Assembly: GCA_951812755.1 (NCBI GenBank)
Contig: OX638329.1
Span: 6,315,407-6,379,406 of the forward strand
Direction: 5' to 3'
Source: an uncultured Latescibacterota bacterium
Lineage (GTDB): Bacteria; Latescibacterota; UBA2968
DNA: 64,000 nucleotides
The notes beneath the pieces were generated by a model that searched no databases, was not told the origin of the DNA, and was given only the letters and a program-made list of their open reading frames with translations. Both the position numbers and the translations under genes were made by a program. Of the stretch, positions 40,703 through 49,720 are shown piece by piece. Numbering within the stretch: position 1 is the first letter of the stretch; each line of letters begins with the position of its first letter.

Positions 40703-41959
40703 TCACAGGTAGGGAATGACCAGTGGGCCATCGGGTAACACGGCTACGTGCGTATCCCGGGATTTCAGGTGTTCGTGTATCGCTTTGTTCAGGTCGGGAA
40801 TGACCTGTAGTTTGCAGGCGCGGACTTCATCCTTATCCATTTCGGTATAGACTTTTACGTTTACGCGGTCTAAAATGCCCGATAGAATTTGCGCCTGCCA
40901 CTGGTCGAGGATCGGTTCGCGTGCATAAACCGATTCTATCACGTCTGCAGGTGTCTGGCCTTCGCGCATCAATGCCGCAAAATTGCCGTGATCGGGCACG
41001 CCATCGCTGCACGCACTCGCGACCAGTATTGTGCCGCCGTCTGTTACAATACGCGCTGCGGCTGAGATGCCTTTTACGGTTTGATACAAGTTTTGATCCA
41101 GAGGAAAGCCGCTATTGGATGTTACGACCAGCGGGAAGGGTGTTTCGACAGGGACCATTGCCGAGGTTTTTACATCGGCACATCCCTTTGCATGGGCTGT
41201 GGAGAGGTCGCCCGCGTAATATCCCGAGATTTTCTTTTCTGCATTGAGTGTCACGTTGAGCAAAAAATCTGGCGGACATAGCGCGACACATTCGCGGATT
41301 TCCCTGTGTAGTGGGTTTTCCTGGAGTACGCCATAGGTGCTGTTTGGGTCGGCGATCAGTTCGGCGCGATGCAGTCGGAAAATGGTTTCAATACTCGCCA
41401 CACCGGGCGCGACGGCTTTTGGTCCGCCTGAGAAGCCCGCAAAGAAGTGCGGTTCGATAAATCCGAGGGCAATGCGTATGTCTGCATTGAGGTATTCCCG
41501 GTTCAAAAGTACGGTTGTTCCATTCGCAGTTTTGCCCACCTGTTCGTTTTGCGTTTCGTCAAAGGCATCGTGATTGACGATGCGTACGTGGCGAACCAGA
41601 TCTTCGCCAAACATTTCGACAATTTCGCGCTTTGTGTTTGGTCTGTGCGTGCCCGTGCCGATCAATACGGTTACCTGGTCGGGGGATACGGGCAGTTCTT
41701 CGAGTAGCCATGGGATCAGTTGTTTGTTGGGGACGGGACGAGTGCCGTCGGATGTTGCGATTACCACGCGATCTGAAGGCTTGACCATTTCTCTCAGCGG
41801 TTTTGTGCCGAGAGGGTGGCGCACGGCTTCGCGAAAGAGCCGTTTGGGGTCTTCAAGCGCGGGTTCATAAGAGGGACGAATTACATCCCAGTGCGCGAGT
41901 GCAGGATCTGTTTGAACAGATACGGCTCCCCGGCCATAAGGTATATCGATTTCTTTCAT
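40703..41959 (-). CDS. Nickel-dependent lactate racemase (LarA) family protein
   Basis: SDGTRP, GTGTHR, EPHFFAGFSGG.K, PLDQNLYQTVK. Confidence 0.9.
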   Translation of the reverse strand: MKEIDIPYGRGAVSVQTDPALAHWDVIRPSYEPALEDPKRLFREAVRHPLGTKPLREMVKPSDRVVIATSDGTRPVPNKQLIPWLLEELPVSPDQVTVLIGTGTHRPNTKREIVEMFGEDLVRHVRIVNHDAFDETQNEQVGKTANGTTVLLNREYLNADIRIALGFIEPHFFAGFSGGPKAVAPGVASIETIFRLHRAELIADPNSTYGVLQENPLHREIRECVALCPPDFLLNVTLNAEKKISGYYAGDLSTAHAKGCADVKTSAMVPVETPFPLVVTSNSGFPLDQNLYQTVKGISAAARIVTDGGTILVASACSDGVPDHGNFAALMREGQTPADVIESVYAREPILDQWQAQILSGILDRVNVKVYTEMDKDEVRACKLQVIPDLNKAIHEHLKSRDTHVAVLPDGPLVIPYL

Positions 41960-41961
41960 TT

Positions 41962-43227
41962 TTAATCCCGTGCTAAAGCGTCTGCTGTTTGCAAGATGAT
42001 ATCTTCTTCGCCCCGATATGGCGCAGGTTCTCCGTAATACGGATAGGCATTGGGTTCGTAACCGCCTTCTTCGTATTGTCGTTCTGTACACAAATATCCC
42101 ACCTCGTCATTGGCATAGCCCACGGGCCACAGGTCCGCGCTGATATCCCGCAGCCTTTTTTCCATTGCATGTCCAATTTCCTGTACTGGCTCGCCCGGTA
42201 TGGTGACCAGTGATAGTGGTCCTACCTGCATCAGCTGCATTTCGGTGGGTTTTTCAGATGGGACGGTGTCTGATGCCGCCATTTCCAGTACCTTCCTCGC
42301 CCAGGGTCCTGTCAATAGTTGTCTGCGTTCGCTTTCGTCTGTTGCCATCTTTTGCAGTTCGTCTTCGGGCATGAGGTCGCCATAAGGTATTGCGATGTCG
42401 GTGCGACGGGCAGATATGCCTTCTGCGCTTCGGGTGTTCAGTCCCGTAGCTACGCGGCAGACTTCATCGCCGAGTTCGTGACCACAGGCGTCCAATTGTT
42501 CTCTGGTGGCGGATGCGAATCCCCCAGTCTCGCTCAGGATGGCGGGGCGGATGTTGCCAAAGCATCCGGGTAAGAAGAGTGCTTTGCTACCGAGGGTTTG
42601 TTCAATGCGGTTGCGGGCTATGCCGGGGTAATCGGGCGAGATGATGCCGTTGGCGCCGCTCAATGTGGTCGGGTGACAGGCGTAGTGGAATAATGTGGCG
42701 AGGGGTGTGCCGTTTTCTCCTGTTACGTGTAAGACCCGCACGCGGCGATCTACAATGCCGCCGTAGTTCAAGGTCATGCTCGAGGCTCCGGGAAGCGGAC
42801 GGCGGTTGATGTTAAAATGCGCGGATCCACATCCCAGACCGAGGGTTACGGGCTGGAGATTTGCGGCTGCTTCGGCTATGCACGCGGCGGTGGTTTCGAC
42901 AATGCGATCCATAAATTTGGGGTCGGGGGCCATGCCCAAACACGGCAGTGTGGCGGGGGCGCAGTGCGTGTGGCTGCACGCTATCATTACGCTGTCTCCC
43001 GGAATGGTATTTGCCACCTGCGCCCGAATGCGGTCGGTGGTGGCTTTGGTTATGCCGATGACGTCGAGTGTGGCGATGGCTATTTGCATGTCTCCGTCGG
43101 CAAATACAACCGCCCGCACTTCCAATGGATAGAGCACGGAATGCGATGGGTTGGTGTTCCAATGTCCCTGAAGCACTGGGCCAGGTTCTGGCGTGATGTC
43201 GCCACTTGCAACGCCGCTCTGGATCAT
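41962..43227 (-). CDS. Neutral/alkaline ceramidase-like hydrolase
   Basis: DITP, SHTHCAP, YACHPT, S.DYPG, PGE, GYAN motifs. Confidence 0.8.
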   Translation of the reverse strand: MIQSGVASGDITPEPGPVLQGHWNTNPSHSVLYPLEVRAVVFADGDMQIAIATLDVIGITKATTDRIRAQVANTIPGDSVMIACSHTHCAPATLPCLGMAPDPKFMDRIVETTAACIAEAAANLQPVTLGLGCGSAHFNINRRPLPGASSMTLNYGGIVDRRVRVLHVTGENGTPLATLFHYACHPTTLSGANGIISPDYPGIARNRIEQTLGSKALFLPGCFGNIRPAILSETGGFASATREQLDACGHELGDEVCRVATGLNTRSAEGISARRTDIAIPYGDLMPEDELQKMATDESERRQLLTGPWARKVLEMAASDTVPSEKPTEMQLMQVGPLSLVTIPGEPVQEIGHAMEKRLRDISADLWPVGYANDEVGYLCTERQYEEGGYEPNAYPYYGEPAPYRGEEDIILQTADALARD

Positions 43228-43634
43228 GGTATGTCTCCTGAAAATGCAGTAAAAATAAAGAGAATAGGGGCTGATAATACAGGACCTTTTTTTGTAACCA
43301 CCAAAAAAATAATAGGTTACGAACATTGTTAAGATAACAACATAAACCCTTAATTACAAGCGTTTTTTTAAGTACCATACTTCAACGATTCACACACAAA
43401 AAGGTTGAGATACGGTAAAAAAATAAAAATACGATTTCCGCTTGTTTAGGGTGTCGCCATTGTATATATTTTTTTATATAAACAAGCAAAGGTCGCATTC
43501 TTGAACGAAAATGTGACCTCATAATCGGCCATTGCATATGCGCCATAGTCATTTTAAATATAGATGTATAGAAAATATAAATTTCTTGGCAAGCGAAAAT
43601 TATTCGTATATTAAACCACTGAAATGGGGTAGAT

Positions 43635-44000
43635 GTGTGGCATTTTCTGCAATATCAAAGCAAAAGAGGTCGACTTCCTGTATCTGACTGGTATGATAAC
43701 TTATCTCAAAAAAACAAATCGCGTCTTGATCGGTTCTTGGGTAATGTAAAACAACTTACCCGACCCCAGGGACCTTACTTTCACAAATTTGAATCATTAT
43801 ATGAAGCACGTTGGCGCGGCGAACACAATGTACCGCATCGAATCTTCTGTTATTTTCCATCTTTAAGGCGGGTAACATTTTTATGTGGTTTCACCCACAA
43901 AGACAACATATATAAACCACCAAACGCATATAAGACAGCGGCAACCCGATATTCCGAAATACAAAGGGGAGAAGCTCATGAACTTGAATTCAATGTCTGA
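43635..44000 (+). CDS. RelE/ParE-superfamily (Gp49/HigB-like) toxin
   Basis: G..PV.DW...L, LYE.R, RIF, L.GF.HK pattern; overlaps next gene. Confidence 0.75.
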   Translation: MWHFLQYQSKRGRLPVSDWYDNLSQKNKSRLDRFLGNVKQLTRPQGPYFHKFESLYEARWRGEHNVPHRIFCYFPSLRRVTFLCGFTHKDNIYKPPNAYKTAATRYSEIQRGEAHELEFNV

Positions 44001-44634
44001 ACTTTGGGCAAAACTGCAAGATAAAGAATATCGAGATGGTTACGTCGAAGGGCAATTTGACATTGAGGTGCCTTTCCAAATCCGGGCACTTCGTCAAGCA
44101 AGAGGATGGACACAAGAAGATCTTGCTAAGTATAGTGGTCTTCCTGAGAGCCAAATAGCTGAAATGGAGGATCCTAATTGTGATCCTCCATCGGTACAAA
44201 TGCTACATAAACTTTGTGCTGCATTTGACGTGGGACTACTGATACAATTTGTTCCATTTAGTGAGATGGTTGAACGAGAGTCGAATTTTCATCCAGAAAC
44301 CTTTAATGTTGCCAGTTTTTCAGAGGACCAATTTTCAGTTGCTAATATCTTGCGTGACTCTTTGCGTAGTATGAGGCAAGATTTGGAAGTAATATCTGAA
44401 AAAGAAACTAAAATTATAAAAGACGCTTGGAACGAAATAGACCTTGAGTCTTTGTGTAAAGAGATTCCTTTGAAACCAAATACCAAACATATAATACAAG
44501 GGCACTCCACGACCAAAGATGTAAAAATTTATCAGGTTCATCAATTTATGCACGAGCACGAAACTCAAGAAATAGAGACCAATATCGTAAATACGGATTT
44601 AGATTATCATCAACTGAAGGGACTAAATGTCTAA
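43978..44634 (+). CDS. XRE/HigA-like HTH antitoxin with long C-terminal extension
   Basis: QIRALRQARGWTQEDLA..ME HTH; stop TAA is the MITE A target site. Confidence 0.8.
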   Translation: MNLNSMSELWAKLQDKEYRDGYVEGQFDIEVPFQIRALRQARGWTQEDLAKYSGLPESQIAEMEDPNCDPPSVQMLHKLCAAFDVGLLIQFVPFSEMVERESNFHPETFNVASFSEDQFSVANILRDSLRSMRQDLEVISEKETKIIKDAWNEIDLESLCKEIPLKPNTKHIIQGHSTTKDVKIYQVHQFMHEHETQEIETNIVNTDLDYHQLKGLNV

Positions 44635-44911
44635 GAAGCTGTTTTAAAATTAATACCTGATGTTACGCATGTCCGGCGTTTTGTCATGCTGAGCGTAGCC
44701 GAAGCATCTTTTCCACCTGAGTTGGTAAGAGATGAACTGGCCTGAGGATGGTGTACAACGAGCCGCTTTTCAGGCTCGTTCACCGGCCAGTTGTACCCCG
44801 CTCCTTCGACTCCGCTGCGCGGAGTTTATCTTGAGCGAAGCCGAAAGGCTCAGAATGACAGGGCAATAGCGCATCGCCGAGAAGGGGCAAAATGAGTTTT
44901 AAAACAGTCTC
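44635..44911 (+). mobile_element. MITE family A copy 2, TAA duplication
   Basis: TIRs plus TAA at 44632-34 and 44912-14; nested hairpin inserts. Confidence 0.9.
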
Positions 44912-44937
44912 TAAGACATACAAGGGAAATATATTCC

Positions 44938-45408
44938 ATGAGTGAAAAAAATAATGACGCAACCCCAGTGATGGACGCAACCCCAGTGATGAGAGTTGAT
45001 AATAAAGATTGGTTTCTTCAACACCTTATTAGGATAGTAAATTTAGGAACGGGGACTTTTCCTATTACTCTTAATGTCGGTGGCTTTTTAGCTTCGGGTA
45101 TTTTAATTGGAGGAAAGGAATACTTTGAAAATTTTGGAACTGACTTTGCTGGCATGTTTCCTCCTGGTGAATCTGCGAATAACATAAAAGAGTCTATCGC
45201 ACAGTATGGCGACATCTATACTTTAGATAAGTATAAACAAGAGTCAAAAATTGGTTATATACATCTAAAAAATGCGAGATTTTTTAATACCAGTGGCAAC
45301 CCAATACCAGCTTCTAATAAAGGCGTTTTGTGGAGAGGCCGCATAGAAGAAGTGAGTGGTTTTTGTCTCGGTTTATTAAGTAATGAAAATCCCGATAGTG
45401 ACGAATAG
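44938..45408 (+). CDS. GvpU-like protein
   Basis: DWFLQ.L, ITLNVGG...SG.LI...EYF, YIHLKNA, WRGRI..V.GF. Confidence 0.7.
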   Translation: MSEKNNDATPVMDATPVMRVDNKDWFLQHLIRIVNLGTGTFPITLNVGGFLASGILIGGKEYFENFGTDFAGMFPPGESANNIKESIAQYGDIYTLDKYKQESKIGYIHLKNARFFNTSGNPIPASNKGVLWRGRIEEVSGFCLGLLSNENPDSDE

Positions 45409-45430
45409 TGAACAAGAGATTTAATACAAG

Positions 45431-45458
45431 AAAAGGGGAGACAATTGTCTCCCCTTTT
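45431..45458. terminator. Bidirectional intrinsic terminator
   Basis: Perfect 28-bp palindrome AAAAGGGGAGACAATTGTCTCCCCTTTT. Confidence 0.8.
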
Positions 45459-45554
45459 CTCATGGCCTATTCCGGCACTTTGCTACATACTTTCTTAATC
45501 AAGATATTAAAACAGCACCGAGTTTGGCGCGCAATTTATGAGGAGGAGATAATC

Positions 45555-45842
45555 ATGGGAAAAACGAAAACACATCCCTGGAATGCTGCGACCCATCTGA
45601 GGACCAAAGAAGATATTGCCGCGTATCTCGAAGCCGTGCTTGAGGATGGCGACCCCAATTTAATCACTGCTGCTTTAGGTGACATTGCCTGTGCCAAAGG
45701 TATGACACAAATTGCCCGTGAAACAGGTCTTGGACGCACAAGTCTCTATAAAGCATTATCACCTGAAGGCAATCCGGGTTTTGCCACCGTGCTCAAGGTG
45801 ATACACGCATTGGGCTTTCGGTTGCACGCGACACCTATTTGA
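45555..45842 (+). CDS. Addiction-module antidote protein (HI1420-like), no cognate toxin adjacent
   Basis: AAYLEA.LE.GD..ALG.IA.AKGMTQIA.ETGL.R.SLYKALS..GNP; RBS GAGGAGG. Confidence 0.88.
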   Translation: MGKTKTHPWNAATHLRTKEDIAAYLEAVLEDGDPNLITAALGDIACAKGMTQIARETGLGRTSLYKALSPEGNPGFATVLKVIHALGFRLHATPI

Positions 45843-45871
45843 GATCACTTATGTTTTAAAATTATTGGAAG

Positions 45872-46597
45872 TTAAAGCGTTGAAAGAGCTTCTTGATGCG
45901 CCTTCACGAGATCTGCCATGCTATTGAATTGAAAATTGTAGTTTGGCATTTCGCCCGGGTCTATTGTCGCGCCGAAGCCTTCTTCATTGGCGCGTCTGTA
46001 GATCCAGCAGGTGGCAAGGCCGTTTTTGTTTGCCGGAATATGATCGTGGAATAGGCTTTCTGCGGTGTGTAGAATTTCGGATTTTTCAATGCCGAGCGAC
46101 TTCAGGTGTTCCAGCATGTATTTGAAGTTTCGATCCGCAGGTTTGTACGATCCTATGTCTTCAGCCGTGTATATTGCGTCAAATTCAACACCGAGACGGT
46201 CGTTGCTGTATTTAAAGCTGTCGTTATCGACATTGGACAGGATCGCGAGCTTATAGTGCTTTTTGAGATATTGCAGCGCATCGGCAGAATCGGAAAACGC
46301 CGGCCATTGCTTTATTGATTGACCATAAGCGGCGCACTCATCAGGTGTGACGGCGATGCCCCATTCTTCAGCGAGGCGTTTAAATACGATGGCGAGGAGT
46401 TTGGAATAGCGCATGCCCGGGGTCCAGGCTTGTTGCGTTGATTCGTGTCGCGCGTGCGCTTGAAGAATTTCATTGCGCGACAATTCTCGTTTGGCCTTTG
46501 ATAGAAGCGGCTCCAGCCCTTTGATCATCCCGGTTTCCCAATCGATAAGCGTACCATAGCAATCGAATGTCAGGACTTTGAAATCGGTGAGTTTCAT
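45872..46597 (-). CDS. Haloacid dehalogenase type II
   Basis: FDCYGTLIDWE, LSNVD, YKP. Confidence 0.9.
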   Translation of the reverse strand: MKLTDFKVLTFDCYGTLIDWETGMIKGLEPLLSKAKRELSRNEILQAHARHESTQQAWTPGMRYSKLLAIVFKRLAEEWGIAVTPDECAAYGQSIKQWPAFSDSADALQYLKKHYKLAILSNVDNDSFKYSNDRLGVEFDAIYTAEDIGSYKPADRNFKYMLEHLKSLGIEKSEILHTAESLFHDHIPANKNGLATCWIYRRANEEGFGATIDPGEMPNYNFQFNSMADLVKAHQEALSTL

Positions 46598-46602
46598 GTT
46601 CG

Positions 46603-47310
46603 TTAATGACACCCCAGTTGATCGGCGAGGTCGTGAAAATCATGGGCTATGATGTCAAAGTCCAAATCGGGAGGCAGGTCTTTTTTTGCGTTGGGACCCC
46701 GCTCGAAGGGTCGGAATACATAAGCCGTTTTCATGCCCACGCCTGCCGCGTGGTGCAGGTCGCCCTGATGGGCGGCGACCATCATGACTTCCCGGGGTTC
46801 ACAACTGAGCAATTCGATGGCTTTCAAATAGGTCTCGGCATCGGGTTTGTAATGCCCGGCCAATTCGGCGGATAAGATGCAATCCCAGGGCAGTCCGCCG
46901 TATTTTGCCATGTTGGCGAGTAGCGATACATTGCCGTTGGATAGCGTGGCGATCAGGTACCGCGATTTTAACCGCCATAAGCCACCTGCGGCATCGGGCC
47001 AGGGGGCGAGCCTGTGCCAAACGCGATTGAAGTCCGCGATTTCTTCTTTGGATAATCCCGATATGCCGAACTTTTTCAGGAGTTCGTCCAGGATCATGCG
47101 GTGCAAGTCATCGATTTTTGTCCAGGGCAATTCGCCCGTGCGCACGCGGTTCATCGACGGACCATAGCCCCCGCGCCACGCATCGGCAAATGCAGCCCAA
47201 TCTATGTCCAATCCCACGCGCTCGCCCAGACGCTCGCCGTCGCGGATGACCGAACTGCGCCAATCGACCACTGTGCCGAATACGTCAAATGTCAATGCTT
47301 TAATTGTCAT
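46603..47310 (-). CDS. Haloacid dehalogenase type II
   Basis: FDVFGTVVDW, LSNGN, YKP, MVAAH..DL. Confidence 0.9.
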   Translation of the reverse strand: MTIKALTFDVFGTVVDWRSSVIRDGERLGERVGLDIDWAAFADAWRGGYGPSMNRVRTGELPWTKIDDLHRMILDELLKKFGISGLSKEEIADFNRVWHRLAPWPDAAGGLWRLKSRYLIATLSNGNVSLLANMAKYGGLPWDCILSAELAGHYKPDAETYLKAIELLSCEPREVMMVAAHQGDLHHAAGVGMKTAYVFRPFERGPNAKKDLPPDLDFDIIAHDFHDLADQLGCH

Positions 47311-47319
47311 TTTTGGCCT

Positions 47320-48417
47320 CTACGGTACCGCGCCCACTGACTTGTTCAAAGCTGGCATTAGTTCACGGGCGAATAATTCCATGCTGTAAATCCAACTATC
47401 TTTGTCGTCCCAGTCGTAGCCCATCAGCACCAGAGTGCCAAAGGGACCAGTTTCCTCGATCAAGTTCAGTAAGCGACGCAGTGCTTCATCGACATCGCCA
47501 GCGATAATCTGTTCGGTCATCAAATAGTCCAAATTGCACTCGGAGTCGGGCATGTCCAGATCGCGCTTGTACACGCGGCGTCCCAGGCCCTTGTCGAATA
47601 GACGTCCGATGTACTCGTAATTCTTTGCCAGAGAATTTTTCCGCGCCTTTTTTACGGCCTCGGCCGTGGTGTCGGCCAGAAAGATTGAACGGGCGATTTT
47701 CCAGTCGGCCCGTTGCGGTTGCCGTCCCGCTTGCAGGGCACTCTGCTCATAGATCTGCCAGTTGTCGGCCACCACATTGCCCGCTATCAGGCAGGCAGAA
47801 AAGGGCTGAAAGCCGCGCTCGCCCGCTATTTGCATGCTGTGTGAATTGCGGCTCATTCCCGGCATAGAAATGGGCGGGTGGGGCTGTTGCAGGGGTTTGT
47901 GGATGAAGCCGATCAGGGTTTCTTCGTCAATATTGTCTTTGAGCTGGAACTGCCAGTATTTTCCCCGGTGCTCGTAGGGTGGATCCGATGTCCATAAATT
48001 GAGGATGGCGTCAATGGCTTCCTCGGTCATTGCGCCGCCCGATCTGGGATCCAACCCGTATAGTTCCTGGTCTGAAGTGACACTGCCCGGGCCAAAGCAC
48101 AGATTGAGTCGGCCTTTGGCCAAATGATCCAAAAAAGACAGGCGGCTGGCCACATAGGCGGGGTGGTGCAGGTTCAAACAGACCGGCGCCGGTCCCAGGC
48201 GGATGCACTGGGTCTCACCCAGGGCGCGACCGATGAAAATTTCGGGCGTGACAATGGTCTCGTATTTCATGGTGTGGTGCTCGCCGATCCAAAATTCATC
48301 AAAGCCCAGTTCCTCGGCTTTGACAACGAGCTCCAAATCCTCGTCAAATCCCTGACCCAATGGCTTGTCCGGGGCGTGGAAGGGCATGATGAACATACCG
48401 TATTTGATTGGTTCCAT
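47320..48417 (-). CDS. LLM-class flavin-dependent monooxygenase
   Basis: AEELGFDEFWIGEHH, LDHLAKGR, P.QQPHPPI. Confidence 0.92.
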   Translation of the reverse strand: MEPIKYGMFIMPFHAPDKPLGQGFDEDLELVVKAEELGFDEFWIGEHHTMKYETIVTPEIFIGRALGETQCIRLGPAPVCLNLHHPAYVASRLSFLDHLAKGRLNLCFGPGSVTSDQELYGLDPRSGGAMTEEAIDAILNLWTSDPPYEHRGKYWQFQLKDNIDEETLIGFIHKPLQQPHPPISMPGMSRNSHSMQIAGERGFQPFSACLIAGNVVADNWQIYEQSALQAGRQPQRADWKIARSIFLADTTAEAVKKARKNSLAKNYEYIGRLFDKGLGRRVYKRDLDMPDSECNLDYLMTEQIIAGDVDEALRRLLNLIEETGPFGTLVLMGYDWDDKDSWIYSMELFARELMPALNKSVGAVP

Positions 48418-48458
48418 AGAGGTGCTCCTTCCTGCGGGTTTTTAATCCTGCAAATCCT

Positions 48459-49163
48459 TTAATCCTTTAATCCTGATCCGTGTTTGTTCACGATTATTAG
48501 GTCAGAGGTCTCGGGATGGATGAATTTTACGAGTAGTGAAACGCGATTGTCTTCGTCTAACAGGTTCCAGAATATATCGGCAGTTTGCTGTATGTCGTCG
48601 AATAATTCGACGGCATAAGGCTCTCCCCGGAATGAGGGCAGGGGATTGCCGTCGTCTGTATATGTTGTGATGCAGTGGCCCGTGCCGGGGATCGCGGTTT
48701 CATAGTTGAAGAATTGGCGCGAGCAATAGCGCGCATCACCGCCAACGGTTTTTAAGACTGAGAGTCGATAGGCTTGCGCGTCGTTCAAGTCGGTAAGGCC
48801 AGAGATGCGCGGTGTAAAATTGGGCGCATCGGGTTCATAAGTGCGCGTTTTCAGGGCGGATTCGAACGAGCCGCCGTTTTGCAGGGTATGGACGATGGTG
48901 TCGGTCTGGTCGCCATTTGTGACGATATGTGCGTTGCCCAGTACGCGGATGGGATAGTACAGGGTTAGTGGATCGATGTTATGGGATTTATCCACGGTGT
49001 CGGTTTTAACTGCATCGCCTTCCCGCACAAATACGCGGTTGCGACTGCTGGGACTGCGGCCCATGATCCAGTAGATTTGAACCATGCATGTGCCATCAGG
49101 CGTTTGTCCTATTGCGATACCACGACCGGGATAGGTGGCGTTTTTTAGTCTATTATCATCCAT
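48459..49163 (-). CDS. IMP cyclohydrolase-like protein (PurO-type Ntn fold)
   Basis: YPGRGI, YWIMGRS.SSRNR, VTNGDQTD, YEPDAPNFTPRISG. Confidence 0.85.
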   Translation of the reverse strand: MDDNRLKNATYPGRGIAIGQTPDGTCMVQIYWIMGRSPSSRNRVFVREGDAVKTDTVDKSHNIDPLTLYYPIRVLGNAHIVTNGDQTDTIVHTLQNGGSFESALKTRTYEPDAPNFTPRISGLTDLNDAQAYRLSVLKTVGGDARYCSRQFFNYETAIPGTGHCITTYTDDGNPLPSFRGEPYAVELFDDIQQTADIFWNLLDEDNRVSLLVKFIHPETSDLIIVNKHGSGLKD

Positions 49164-49188
49164 GGACAAGTAACCCGTGTTTTTCTAA

Positions 49189-49441
49189 GAGACTGTTTTA
49201 AAACTCATTTTGCCCCTTCTCGGCGATGCGCTATTGCCCTGTCATTCTGAGCGGAGCGCAGCGGAGTCGAAGGAGCGGGGTACAACTGGCCGGTGAACGA
49301 GCCTGAAAAGCGGCTCGTTGTACACCATCCTCAGGCCAGTTCATCTCTTACCAACTCAGGTGGAAAAGATGCTTCGGCTACGCTCAGCATGACAAAACGC
49401 CGGACATGCGTAACATCAGGTATTAATTTTAAAACAGCTTC
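49189..49441 (-). mobile_element. MITE family A copy 3, TAA duplication, inside MNT gene
   Basis: TAA at 49186-88 and 49442-44. Confidence 0.9.
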
Positions 49442-49720
49442 TAAGAAACTGGAGAGATGTGTTTCATTATCCAGATTGATGAGGTCAACGGGGTGATTCA
49501 ATTGCATTAGAAGCTTTCCGAATAATGAAAAGAAATGTTGTGGTGGACAGCCTCGAACCCCGATATCAATATCTGAACCTTTGCGTGACCGACCTTCTGC
49601 CAAAGATCCGAAGAGATGTATCTCTCGACAGCCGCCCGCCTTCAGTATTTCTATGGCCTGTCTGATATCTTCCTGATATTCGGCAGGAAATAGGCTCAAT
49701 TCTGATACATGCGGTTTCAT
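49331..49720 (-). CDS. Minimal nucleotidyltransferase (MNT) with MITE-derived C-terminus
   Basis: LFGS..G....SDIDI motif; reads into the MITE after SSFLE. Confidence 0.8.
   Translation of the reverse strand: MKPHVSELSLFPAEYQEDIRQAIEILKAGGCREIHLFGSLAEGRSRKGSDIDIGVRGCPPQHFFSLFGKLLMQLNHPVDLINLDNETHLSSFLEAVLKLIPDVTHVRRFVMLSVAEASFPPELVRDELA

Noticed and set aside
44938..45408. Gas vesicle cluster
   Set aside because: No gvpA/N/F/L genes in the window
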